64,000 bases of DNA from NCBI RefSeq assembly GCF_025753855.1, contig NZ_JAOWPT010000004.1, positions 167,871 through 231,870 of the forward strand. Direction: 5' to 3'. The stretch is from Mesorhizobium sp. ZC-5. Its GTDB lineage: Bacteria > Pseudomonadota > Alphaproteobacteria > Rhizobiales > Rhizobiaceae. Positions 7,827-17,468 of the stretch are shown here, one piece after another. Every line of letters begins with the position of its first letter. Position 1 is the first letter of the stretch. Both the position numbers and the translations under genes were made by a program. The notes under the pieces are model-generated. The model saw only the letters and a program-made list of their open reading frames with translations. It made no database searches and was not told the origin of the DNA.

Positions 7827-10800
7827 CTAAGCCGCCGTCAGCAGGCTCGCATTGCCGCCGGCCGCCGTGGTGTCGACGCAGACGGCGCGTTCGTGCGCGT
7901 AGGCCGCCGGGTTGATGATCTCCGTCACCAGCGGCACGATCGGACCTTTCCGTCCCGCCAGCGCCCGCCGAAGGCCGCGCAGCGTCCCCTCCTCTGCCGA
8001 ACTCGCCACCACGTCGACTACAAGATTCCCGAGGTTTTCCGGATCTACATTGCCGTCGAGCGCTGCGATCGGCAGCCCCTTCCCGGTCAGCGACGAGAGT
8101 GCTGCGGCGGCGCCCGGCGCCACGGCCAGCACGCCATTGCCGGCTGCCAGCGCCTGAATCGCCTGGGCAAGCAGCGTATCGGCATCCGGCCCCAAGCAGA
8201 GCACGCGGCCGCGCGGAAAAAGGCTGAGCGTGTTTGCTTCGCCGGTCGGTCCGGGCAGGTCGACCGGACCGAAATCGACCCCCGCCGAAGCGGCGATCGG
8301 CTCGGCGCCTTTGCCGCGCAGATGTTTGCGCAGGATGGCGATGCGGTCGGGACGCGTCGCCCAGCCGCCCATCGCCGGATCGGGCAGATGTTCGATCAGC
8401 GATTTTACGGCGATCGCCTGGGCATCGGGCTGCTCACTGCCGGCGCTTGCCGAGCGGCGAAAACGGCGCAGATAATGCGGCCCGCCAGCCTTCGGTCCGG
8501 TGCCGGAAAGCCCTTCGCCGCCGAACGGCTGCGAGCCGACGACGGCCCCGATCTGGTTGCGATTGACATAGATATTGCCGGCATGCACGCCGTCGACAAT
8601 CTCCTGCACACGCGCCTCGATGCGAGTATGCAGCCCGAAGGTCAAACCGTAACCCTTTCGGTTGATTGACGAAATCACCTTACCGATGTCTTCGGCCTCG
8701 AACGTCGCGACATGCAGGACCGGCCCGAAGACCTCCTTTTCCATGTCTTCGATGCCCTTGACGCGAAACACCTGCGGCGCCACGAAACGGCCGCCATCCG
8801 GCGCCTCGCGCCTGGCGACCAGCTTGCCCTTCTCGGTGAGGGCCGCGCTGTACGCCTCGATCGATTTTTTCGCCTCGTCGTCGATCACGGGACCGACATC
8901 GGTCGACAATGCCCACGGGTCGCCAACGGTGAGCGCAGCCATGGCGCCCTCCAGCATCTCCAGCATCTTTTTCTCGACGTCCTTCTGCACATAGAGCAGC
9001 CGCAGCGCCGAACAGCGCTGGCCGGCACTCTGGAACGACGAGGCAAGGATGTCGCGCACGGCCTGTTCCGGCAGCGCGGTGGAATCGACGATCATCGCGT
9101 TCAGCCCGCCGGTCTCGGCAATCAGCATGGCATCGGGTGCTGCGGTCTCCGCCAGTTGTTTCTCGATCAGCTTCGCCACTTCGGTCGAGCCGGTGAAGCA
9201 GACGCCGGCAATGCGCGGGTCGGCGGTCAGCGGGCCGCCGACCGACGGGCCGTCGCCCGGCAGAAGCTGCAGCACGTCGTCGGGGATGCCAGCCTCGCGC
9301 AGCAGAGCAACGGCGCGGGCGGCAATCAGCGGCGTCTGCTCGGCCGGCTTGGCGATCACCGCATTGCCGGTGACAAGTGCGGCCGCGACCTGACCCGTAA
9401 AAATCGCCAGCGGAAAATTCCACGGCGAGATGCAGACGATGACGCCGCGCGCCTCGGTGCCCGCTTCAGCCTTCTCGGCCTCGGCCGCATAATAGCGCAA
9501 AAAGTCGACCGCCTCGCGCACCTCGGCAACGCCGTCGGCCAGTGTTTTTCCCGCCTCGCGCGTTGCCAGCGCGAAAAACTCGACGGCATTCGCCTCGTAG
9601 AGGTCGGCGGCACGCCGCAGCGTCGCGGCGCGCTGCGCGACGGGTTTGGCCGCCCAGGCTTTGTGCGCCTCGGCGGCCGCCTTGACCGCGACCGGCACCT
9701 GGCTCGCCTTAGCCTCGTGCACGGTGCCGACGATATCGCCGGGTTTCGCCGGATTGGCGATCTTGCGCGCCGTGCCGTAACCGGCAGCACGCGTCATCGG
9801 CCTGGCCGACCAGAAATTCTGCCCGGCAAACGCCGCCCGCTCCTTTTCGATCCTGTCCAGCGTGTTCTGGTCGGTGATGTCCCAGCCTTGCGAATTCACC
9901 CGCCCCGCGCCGAAGATCGTCGACGGTTTTGCGATGTTCGGGTTGGCAGCCGGGCCCTGGGCTTCCACCGTCTCCAGCGGATCGCGGGCGATATCCTCTG
10001 CCTTCACATCCTCGTCTGTGATCTGGTGGACGAAGGAAGAGTTGGCGCCGTTTTCCAGCAGTCGGCGCACCAGATAGGCGAGCAGGTCGGAATGCGCGCC
10101 CACCGGCGCATAGATGCGGCAGCGCGTGCCTTCCGCCTTGCGCACCGTCTCGTGCAGCGCTTCGCCCATGCCATGCAGTCGCTGGAACTCGAAGCTGTCG
10201 CGGTCGCCGCCCGCCATCGCCAGCACCGCTGCCACCGTATGCGCATTGTGGGTGGCGAACTGCGGGTAGATGCGGTCGGTCATGCCGAGCAGCTTTTTCG
10301 CGTTGGCGATGTAGGAAACGTCGGTATTTGCCTTGCGCGTGAACACCGGATAGCCGGAAAGCCCCATCGCCTGGGCACGCTTCACTTCGGTATCCCAATA
10401 GGCGCCCTTGACCAGCCGCACCATGATCTTGCGGTCGAGTTTCTGCGCCAGCGCATAGAGCCAGTCGATGACAAAGGCCGCGCGCGGGCCGTAGGCCTGC
10501 ACGACGACACCGAAACCGTTCCAGCCAGCAAGCTCCGGATCGGCAAGCACGCGTTCGATCACATCGAGCGACAGGTCGAGCCGGTCGGCCTCCTCGGCGT
10601 CGATGTTCAGGCCCATGCGGGCGTGGCGGGCGGCGATGCAGAGGCCGAGCAGCCGCTCGGCCATTATGGGCAGCATCGCTTCCTTCTGCGCCACCTCATA
10701 GCGCGGGTGCAGCGCCGAGAGCTTCACCGAGATGCCCGGGTTCTGGCGGATGTCGGTGCCGGTCGAGCCGCTGTTCAGCGAGGATATCGCGTCGGCATAG

Positions 10801-11453
10801 GCGCGCAGGTAGCGCAGCGCGTCGGCTTCGGTGCGCGCTGCCTCGCCCAGCATGTCGTAGGAATAGAGATAACCCTTCTGGCTGAACGGCCGGCCGCGCT
10901 TCACCGCTTCCTTGATGGTGCGGCCAAGCACGAACTGCTCGCCCATCTCGCGCATCGCCGCCGCGACCGCGGTGCGGATCACCGGCTCGCCGAGCCGCCG
11001 CATCATGCCGCGCAGCGTCCGCTCGATGCCGCCATCGTCCTCGTCTTCCTCCAGCACCTTGCCAGTGAGCATCAGCGCCCAGGTCGAGGCATTGACGAAG
11101 ATCGACGAGGAACCACCCGAGTGGGCCGACCAGTCATGCGGCGCGATCTTGTCGCGGATCAAATCGTCCATGGTCTCGGCGTCGGGCACGCGCAGCAGCG
11201 CCTCGGCCAGGCACATCAGCGCCACGCCTTCCTTGGTCGACAGGCCATAGGCGGAAAGAAACACCTCCATCAGCCGCGGATCGGACGACGAGCGCACCGC
11301 CCGCACCAGGTCGGCGGCGCGCTTCGAGATCGCCTTGCGGTCGTCGGCGGAAAGCCCGGCGGTGCCCGCCAGCCGCTTCACCGCTTCCGCCTCGTCGGGC
11401 AGGTAGTTGTCGCGGATCTTCTGGCGGATGGCGTCGAGTTTCTGCGCTGGCAT
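7827..11453 (-). CDS. putA: Bifunctional proline dehydrogenase / 1-pyrroline-5-carboxylate dehydrogenase
   Basis: ~1208 aa. Start chosen at MPAQKLDAIRQ after RBS gggggaaag. PRODH and ALDH (P5CDH) domains are obvious. Confidence 0.9.
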   Translation of the reverse strand: MPAQKLDAIRQKIRDNYLPDEAEAVKRLAGTAGLSADDRKAISKRAADLVRAVRSSSDPRLMEVFLSAYGLSTKEGVALMCLAEALLRVPDAETMDDLIRDKIAPHDWSAHSGGSSSIFVNASTWALMLTGKVLEEDEDDGGIERTLRGMMRRLGEPVIRTAVAAAMREMGEQFVLGRTIKEAVKRGRPFSQKGYLYSYDMLGEAARTEADALRYLRAYADAISSLNSGSTGTDIRQNPGISVKLSALHPRYEVAQKEAMLPIMAERLLGLCIAARHARMGLNIDAEEADRLDLSLDVIERVLADPELAGWNGFGVVVQAYGPRAAFVIDWLYALAQKLDRKIMVRLVKGAYWDTEVKRAQAMGLSGYPVFTRKANTDVSYIANAKKLLGMTDRIYPQFATHNAHTVAAVLAMAGGDRDSFEFQRLHGMGEALHETVRKAEGTRCRIYAPVGAHSDLLAYLVRRLLENGANSSFVHQITDEDVKAEDIARDPLETVEAQGPAANPNIAKPSTIFGAGRVNSQGWDITDQNTLDRIEKERAAFAGQNFWSARPMTRAAGYGTARKIANPAKPGDIVGTVHEAKASQVPVAVKAAAEAHKAWAAKPVAQRAATLRRAADLYEANAVEFFALATREAGKTLADGVAEVREAVDFLRYYAAEAEKAEAGTEARGVIVCISPWNFPLAIFTGQVAAALVTGNAVIAKPAEQTPLIAARAVALLREAGIPDDVLQLLPGDGPSVGGPLTADPRIAGVCFTGSTEVAKLIEKQLAETAAPDAMLIAETGGLNAMIVDSTALPEQAVRDILASSFQSAGQRCSALRLLYVQKDVEKKMLEMLEGAMAALTVGDPWALSTDVGPVIDDEAKKSIEAYSAALTEKGKLVARREAPDGGRFVAPQVFRVKGIEDMEKEVFGPVLHVATFEAEDIGKVISSINRKGYGLTFGLHTRIEARVQEIVDGVHAGNIYVNRNQIGAVVGSQPFGGEGLSGTGPKAGGPHYLRRFRRSASAGSEQPDAQAIAVKSLIEHLPDPAMGGWATRPDRIAILRKHLRGKGAEPIAASAGVDFGPVDLPGPTGEANTLSLFPRGRVLCLGPDADTLLAQAIQALAAGNGVLAVAPGAAAALSSLTGKGLPIAALDGNVDPENLGNLVVDVVASSAEEGTLRGLRRALAGRKGPIVPLVTEIINPAAYAHERAVCVDTTAAGGNASLLTAA

Positions 11454-11619
11454 GCTTTCCCCCGTCGGTCGATTGAGAGTGATCCGGAATCCGCGCTTCG
11501 GCAAGCACACGGTGGCGGCTCTATAGCACGGCCGGAATCAGCCGGCCGACTGAAGAACTGGAAAATCGCGATCAAACAGCCTATCAAGGGTTCTGAAGAA
11601 TCCCATTTGGACCATAAAT

Positions 11620-12075
11620 TTGATGAATTCAGATCAACTGGACCGTATCGACCGCAACATGCTCGCCGCCCTGGCGCGCGACGGCCGTCTTTCGATGGCC
11701 GAACTGGCGGCCAAGGTCGGGCTGTCGAAGACGCCGGTGCAGGCGCGCGTACGGCGGCTGGAGAAGGACGGTTATATCCGCGGCTATTCCGCCGTCATCG
11801 ACCGCGAGAAGATGGGCGAAGGCCACGTCGCCTTCGTGCAGGTGAAACTGTCGGACACCCGCTCGCTGGCACTCAACGAATTCAACCGCGCCGTCCGGGC
11901 CGTGCCGGAGATCGAGCAGTGCCACATGATGGCGGCGAGCTTCGACTATCTCCTGAAGGTGCGCACCCGCGACATCGCCGCCTACCGCCGCGTGCTCGGC
12001 GAGCGCATCTCGGCGCTGCCCCACGTCGCCCAGACCTCGACCTTCGTGGCGATGGAGACGGTGAAGGACAGGTAG
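11620..12075 (+). CDS. putR: Lrp/AsnC-family transcriptional regulator, divergent from putA (PutR-like)
   Basis: 151 aa. HTH_AsnC followed by a RAM domain. Classic putR-putA divergent arrangement. Confidence 0.75.
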   Translation: MMNSDQLDRIDRNMLAALARDGRLSMAELAAKVGLSKTPVQARVRRLEKDGYIRGYSAVIDREKMGEGHVAFVQVKLSDTRSLALNEFNRAVRAVPEIEQCHMMAASFDYLLKVRTRDIAAYRRVLGERISALPHVAQTSTFVAMETVKDR

Positions 12076-12112
12076 GCGCTGCAAAGTCCACCCGAAGAGA
12101 TCCATCGATCAA

Positions 12113-12484
12113 TCAGTTTTCGGGGGATTTGAACTCCAGCGTGTAAACCCTGCCCGCGATCCCAGCCGCCAACGATGGCGCAAACTCCAATGGCAGGCAT
12201 TTGTCCATCGCCGCGATGGCCGCGGCAACGAACGCCTCCCTTGCCTTCTGGTCTCCCTCGACGTTGATCGCAGTCGGTCGCGGCGTGCCGATCAAGCTCC
12301 CGTCGCGCTTGAAGCTGAAACTCAAGGTGACGAATGCTCCGTCCGTGCCGGACGGCGGCGACCAGCATTCCATCAGCGCCGCTCCGACGTCATCCATGGT
12401 CTTGAGCGGGTCTGCCCGGGATTGCACGGTTGCTATTATCATCGTGCCGCCAATGACCGCAGCCAATATCCCCGTTCTAGTCAC
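12113..12484 (-). CDS. Hypothetical secreted protein
   Basis: GTG start after a perfect RBS (ggaggatcgttGTG). Signal peptide VTRTGILAAVIGGTMIIATVQSRA | DPL. No recognisable domain. Confidence 0.5.
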   Translation of the reverse strand: MTRTGILAAVIGGTMIIATVQSRADPLKTMDDVGAALMECWSPPSGTDGAFVTLSFSFKRDGSLIGTPRPTAINVEGDQKAREAFVAAAIAAMDKCLPLEFAPSLAAGIAGRVYTLEFKSPEN

Positions 12485-12763
12485 AACGATCCTCCGAGAG
12501 ATTTGACCCGCAGGCCGGTTGCGCGCAACCGGAATCACGCAGGTCACGTCGCCTTCCTCGTGGTGCTTGGCGACGTTGGCATAATAAACATCCAGCCCTG
12601 CCTGGCCACCCGTCGGCCTTCAAGATTCCGAAGCGAACGAGATACATCGATCAACTTGTTCGGCCATCGTTCCGAAGCAGACTGTCCTTGCAGGATAACA
12701 CCACACCGATCTGCCATCAGATCGGGCCTGTTGCGCGATTGTCCGCTGCGATATCCTTGGGCG

Positions 12764-13822
12764 ATGAAACTCAGCCAGAGCATCCGGTTCTGCGCCTCAG
12801 CCGACGGCACCCGCATCGCCGTCGCGTCGTGCGGGGAAGGACCGGTGATCCTGCGGGCGGCGCACTGGCTGAGCCATGTCGACTACGATCTCGAAAGCCC
12901 GGTGTGGCGGCCGTGGCTTCAGGCGCTTTCGGCCCGCAACCGGTTCGTGCGTTACGATCCGCGCGGCTGCGGCCTGTCGGACCGGCATGTCGCTGACCTG
13001 TCGCTTGAGGCGTGGCACACCGACCTGGAGGCCGTGGCCGCGTCGATCGAGGAGCCGCGCTTCGTCCTCCTCGGTCTTTCGCAAGGCGGCGCGCTCGCCG
13101 TCGCATATGCGCTGAGGCATCCCGAGCGCGTATCGCATCTGGTGCTCCTGAATGCCTACGGTCGAGGTGGGCGAGTTCGGGCGCAGACGGATGCCGAGCG
13201 GCTGGAGGCCGAGACTCTGGTCAATTTCATTCGCATCGGCTGGGGGCGCGACAGTCCCGCGTTCTGCCAGTTCTTCACCAATCTCTTCATACCTGACGGA
13301 ACGCCAGAACAGCATCGCTGGTGGGGCGATCTCGAGCGCGTGACCGCAACCGCCGACGTTGCCGCGCAACTGCTCTGGCAGATGCAGGGGATCGACGTGC
13401 TTGACCTTGCCGCGCAGATCCGCGTCCCGACGCTGATCGCGCATTGCCGCGGCGACATGCGCGTCCCGTTTGACGAAGGCTGCAAGCTCGCAGCCGCGAT
13501 CCCGGGCGCGCGTTTCGTGCCGCTCGACAGCAAGAACCATGTGCTCTTGCCGGACGAACCGGCCTGGGGCGTGTTCCAGACCGAACTCGCCGCCTTCCTC
13601 GGGCAGGATCGGCCGAGGCAGCCGCGCGCGATCCGCGAGGCCGGTCTTACGCCCGCCGAGGCAGCGCTTCTGAACCTCGTCGCGGAAGGGCTCGACAACC
13701 GCTCGATCGCCGAGCGCCTCGGCAAGCGCGAGAAGACCGTCCGCAACCAGCTGTCGGTGATCTTCGGCAAACTCGGCGTCCACAACCGCTCGCAGGCGAT
13801 CGTCATGTCGCTTTCCGGATAA
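12764..13822 (+). CDS. Alpha/beta-hydrolase domain fused to a C-terminal LuxR-type HTH. Transcriptional regulator with an apparently intact hydrolase fold.
   Basis: Start at MKLSQSIRF. Nucleophile elbow GLSQGG (GxSxG). C-terminal LTPAEAALLNLVAEGLDNRSIAERLGKREKTVRNQLSVIFGKLGV matches the LuxR/FixJ HTH. Confidence 0.7.
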   Translation: MKLSQSIRFCASADGTRIAVASCGEGPVILRAAHWLSHVDYDLESPVWRPWLQALSARNRFVRYDPRGCGLSDRHVADLSLEAWHTDLEAVAASIEEPRFVLLGLSQGGALAVAYALRHPERVSHLVLLNAYGRGGRVRAQTDAERLEAETLVNFIRIGWGRDSPAFCQFFTNLFIPDGTPEQHRWWGDLERVTATADVAAQLLWQMQGIDVLDLAAQIRVPTLIAHCRGDMRVPFDEGCKLAAAIPGARFVPLDSKNHVLLPDEPAWGVFQTELAAFLGQDRPRQPRAIREAGLTPAEAALLNLVAEGLDNRSIAERLGKREKTVRNQLSVIFGKLGVHNRSQAIVMSLSG

Positions 13823-13992
13823 GCGGGCGCGTTTGCCCTCACCGCAGGCCAGGGATCCGGGACATCTGTCCCCGCCTTGCGTGGATTTTCCTGGCCGCCC
13901 GGGACGGCCGCCTCATGCACGCGGCCACGACAGGTCTCACCCTGGACCACCGGGAGTGGCAGGACGCCGCCTGAGGCAAGGAGGAACTCGAC

Positions 13993-15042
13993 ATGACACA
14001 ACCAAACGAAGCAACGCTCAACGATCTCGTTGGCCGTATCCTTGGCGATCTTGGCGGCGCGGTCAGCGTGCCGCTGGTGCGGATCGGGGATAGCCTCGGC
14101 CTGTACAAGACCCTCAAGGAGATCGGGCCGTCGAACGCCGATGAACTGGCGAGGGCCGCGGGATGCGCGGCCCGCTACGTGCGCGAGTGGCTGTCAGCGC
14201 AGGCGGCCTCTGGCTACGTGCACTACGAGAACGGGCGGTTCTCGCTGACACCCGAGCAGGCGTTCGTGTTCGCGGAGCCCGACAGCCCGGTCAATCTGAT
14301 CGGCGCGTTCGACACCGCCGCCGCCATGGTTGAGAACCAGCCAAAAGTGCAGTCGGCCTTCAAGACCGGACGCGGCGTCGCCTGGGGCGATCAGGCCGGC
14401 TGCATGTTCTGCGCCGTGGCGCGGCTGTTCCGGCCGGGTTACGTGAACGCCCTCGTGCAGGAGTGGCTGCCGGCGCTCGACGGCGTCATCGACAAGTTGA
14501 AGTCCGGCGCGAAAGTGGCCGACGTGGGGTGTGGACACGGGCTGTCGACGGTCCTGATGGCACAGGCGTTCCCCAACTCCCGATTTACCGGCTACGATTT
14601 CCATCCGGCTTCGATCGCCGCCGCGACCGCGCACGCCCGTGCGCACGGCATTGCGAACCTGCACTTTGAAGTCGGGCGGGCGCAGGACTTCGCAGGGCGC
14701 GATTTCGATCTGATCACCTGCTTCGACTGCCTGCATGACATGGGCGATCCCGAAACCGCCGCGGCGCATATCCGCAAGGCGCTGAAAAAGGGCGGCACCT
14801 GGATGGTGGTCGAGCCCATGGCGGGCGACACGCTGGAAGACAATATCAACCCGGTCGGACGGCTCTACTACTCGGCCTCGACGATGATCTGCGTTCCCAC
14901 CTCGCTGGCGCAGGAGACGGGTCTCGCGCTCGGCGCCCAGGCGGGAGAGAAGCGGCTGAGCGAGGTGATCCGCTCGGGCGGCTTCACCCGTGTCCGACGG
15001 GCGGCCCAGACCCCGCTCAACATGGTGCTCGAAGCGACCTGA
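13993..15042 (+). CDS. Class I SAM-dependent methyltransferase
   Basis: RBS aaggagg. SAM motif I VADVGCGHG with an acidic motif DLITCFD. 349 aa. Confidence 0.75.
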   Translation: MTQPNEATLNDLVGRILGDLGGAVSVPLVRIGDSLGLYKTLKEIGPSNADELARAAGCAARYVREWLSAQAASGYVHYENGRFSLTPEQAFVFAEPDSPVNLIGAFDTAAAMVENQPKVQSAFKTGRGVAWGDQAGCMFCAVARLFRPGYVNALVQEWLPALDGVIDKLKSGAKVADVGCGHGLSTVLMAQAFPNSRFTGYDFHPASIAAATAHARAHGIANLHFEVGRAQDFAGRDFDLITCFDCLHDMGDPETAAAHIRKALKKGGTWMVVEPMAGDTLEDNINPVGRLYYSASTMICVPTSLAQETGLALGAQAGEKRLSEVIRSGGFTRVRRAAQTPLNMVLEAT

Positions 15043-15246
15043 CGGCAGGCGGCTGCGCCCGCGCTCGATCATGAAGGGCGTGGGCGCGCGCTGCCCTTGG
15101 CAAACTTTCTCACTTGATGTCGGAACTCCGGCCCGGCATTCGTCCTTTGCTTGCGACAATCGAAGAAGGGACGACGAGATGAGGAAACCGATCTCAATCG
15201 ACGCCGCGACGGGCGATGGCCTCCTGCAAACGCCAGGAGCCCGCCA

Positions 15247-15903
15247 TTGACCCCCACCATCACCGCCTTTGAAAGCTCCCCCGATGGCGGCCAGGGACTG
15301 GCGCGCGACATGCGCGTGCGCTGGGCGTTCGAGGAAGTCGGCCAGCCTTACGACGTTCGTCTTGTTTCGTTCAAGGAGATGAAGGAGCCTGCGCATCGTG
15401 CGCTTCATCCCTTCGGGCAGATCCCCACATATGAGGAGGGCGATCTGGTCCTGTTCGAGTCGGGGGCGATCATATTCCATATCGCACAGCACCATGGAGG
15501 CCTGCTGCCGGACGATGCAAATGCGCGGGCGCGCGCGATCACCTGGATGTTCGCCGCGCTCAACACGGTGGAGCCGCCGATCGTGGAGCTCGAACAGGTG
15601 CCCTACGCGGAGCACGACAAGCCCTGGTACGACGAGCGCCTGCCCATGATCGAGGATCGCGTCCGCGTCCGGCTGACCGAACTTTCCAGCCGGCTCGGCG
15701 ATGCCGACTGGCTCGATGGTGCGTTCAGCGCCGGCGACCTCATGATGGTGATGGTGCTGCGCCGAGCGGAAGGGACAGGCCTGCTGGAAGAGCACCCGAA
15801 CCTGCTGGCCTACATCGCCCGCGGCGAAGCGCGGCCCGCCTACAGGCGCGCTTTCGACGCTCAACGGGCGGTTTTCACCGGCAAGTCACCGATGCGCCGT
15901 TAA
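15247..15903 (+). CDS. Glutathione S-transferase
   Basis: TTG start after RBS aggag (MTPTITAFE...). Thioredoxin-like N-terminal fold plus a C-terminal helical domain. The ORF-track start at 15151 is an upstream artefact. Confidence 0.7.
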   Translation: MTPTITAFESSPDGGQGLARDMRVRWAFEEVGQPYDVRLVSFKEMKEPAHRALHPFGQIPTYEEGDLVLFESGAIIFHIAQHHGGLLPDDANARARAITWMFAALNTVEPPIVELEQVPYAEHDKPWYDERLPMIEDRVRVRLTELSSRLGDADWLDGAFSAGDLMMVMVLRRAEGTGLLEEHPNLLAYIARGEARPAYRRAFDAQRAVFTGKSPMRR

Positions 15904-15985
15904 AAGAGCTGTCGGAAAAAATCCAAATCGGGTCAATGAGTTGGTTGACCCTTTCATCCGGCCAACTTAGAAAATTGCCAAGTAC

Positions 15986-17458
15986 GTGGAGGGACGTGTC
16001 TTGCCGTTTCGACTTGGCCGGAAATATGGTCACCTTGTGCACGGCTGGACCTGCGCCTGCCATGGCGCGCAAACCAGGCAGCTCTTCGCACGCATCGACA
16101 AGGGGCTGTCCCGCCGCGCCGTTCTGAAGGGGGTGGCGGCAAGCCTTGCCGCTCCTGCTCTCGGCATGGTCAGCCCCGCCTTCGCGCAAATTCCGGCGAA
16201 GCCGGTTCTGCTCAGGAATGTGAACATCTTCGACGGGATCGACGGCACGCTTGTCGAAGGCCGGAGCGTACTGGTCGAGGGCAAGCTCATCAAGGCGCTG
16301 GTCGCGTCCGGGGACACCGTCGCCGATGCGGACATCATCGATTGCGGCGGGCGGACGCTGATGCCCGGGATGATCGACGCGCACTGGCATTCGATCCTCG
16401 CCGGGATATCGATGGCGGCGGCGATGACGGCCGACGTGCCCTATGTCCATCTCGTCGCCGCCGAAGAGGCCGAGCGCACGGTGCTGCGCGGCTTCACCAC
16501 GGTGCGCGACGTCGGCGGGCCGGCCTTCGCGCTCAAGCGCGCCATCGACGAGGGCCTCGTCCCCGGCCCGCGCATCTATCCGTCCGGTGCCATGGTCTCG
16601 CAGACCTCCGGCCACGGCGATTTCCGCATGCGCACGGACCTGCCGCGCGGTCCGCAAAGCGACCTCAGCATCACCGAGGAGGCGGGTATCGCCGCCATTG
16701 CCGACGGCGAGGCCGAGGTTCTGCGCCGGGTACGCGAACAGCTTATGCTGGGTGCCAGCCAGATCAAGATCATGGGCGGCGGCGGCGTCGCTTCGGCCTA
16801 CGATCCGATCGACGCGCTGCAATATTCTGAAGCCGAGATGAAGGCGGCGGTGTCCGCGGCCACTGACTGGGGTACATATGTGTGTATCCACGCCTATACC
16901 TCCGCCGCCGTTCAGCGGGCGCTCACCAGCGGCGTGAAATCAATCGAGCATGGACAGCTTGCCGACGAGGAGACCGTGAAGCGCATGGCCGATGCCGGTG
17001 CCTGGTGGAGCATCCAGCCCTTCCTGGCCGACGAGGACGCGAACACTTATGCCGCCGCCGAGCAGCGTGCCGCCCAGGAGCAGATCGCCGAAGGCACGGC
17101 CCGGGCGGTCGAACTGGGACGCAAGCACAAGGTCAAGATGGCCCTCGGCACCGACATCCTGTTCAGTCCGAAAGGCACAGCAACGCAGGGCAGGCAACTC
17201 GCCAAGTTCGCCCGCTGGTACGACAATGCCGAACTGCTTCGCCTCCTCACCAGCGGCAATGCCGAGCTTGCGGGTCTTTCCGGGCCGCGCAACCCCTATC
17301 CCGGCAAGCTCGGCCGCATCGAAGCCGGGGCCTATGCCGACATTCTCGTCATCGACGGCAACCCGCTCGATGACATTTCCCTGATCGCCGATCCGGACCG
17401 GACGATGAAATTCATCATGAAGGACGGGCGCATCCACAAGAACACGCTTTCAGCTTGA
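15986..17458 (+). CDS. Amidohydrolase-family metallo-hydrolase with a Tat-type signal. The start codon is uncertain.
   Basis: SRRAVLKGVAASLAAPALGMVSPAFA twin-arginine signal. Metal-binding motifs DAHWH and HAYT of the amidohydrolase superfamily. The start is GTG at 15986 or GTG at 16037. Confidence 0.7.
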   Translation: MEGRVLPFRLGRKYGHLVHGWTCACHGAQTRQLFARIDKGLSRRAVLKGVAASLAAPALGMVSPAFAQIPAKPVLLRNVNIFDGIDGTLVEGRSVLVEGKLIKALVASGDTVADADIIDCGGRTLMPGMIDAHWHSILAGISMAAAMTADVPYVHLVAAEEAERTVLRGFTTVRDVGGPAFALKRAIDEGLVPGPRIYPSGAMVSQTSGHGDFRMRTDLPRGPQSDLSITEEAGIAAIADGEAEVLRRVREQLMLGASQIKIMGGGGVASAYDPIDALQYSEAEMKAAVSAATDWGTYVCIHAYTSAAVQRALTSGVKSIEHGQLADEETVKRMADAGAWWSIQPFLADEDANTYAAAEQRAAQEQIAEGTARAVELGRKHKVKMALGTDILFSPKGTATQGRQLAKFARWYDNAELLRLLTSGNAELAGLSGPRNPYPGKLGRIEAGAYADILVIDGNPLDDISLIADPDRTMKFIMKDGRIHKNTLSA

Positions 17459-17468
17459 GGGGGCTCCT

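Noticed and set aside
8712-12146. 1144-aa plus-strand ORF
   Set aside because: Antisense to putA with low-complexity R/G/A composition. Spurious high-GC shadow ORF.
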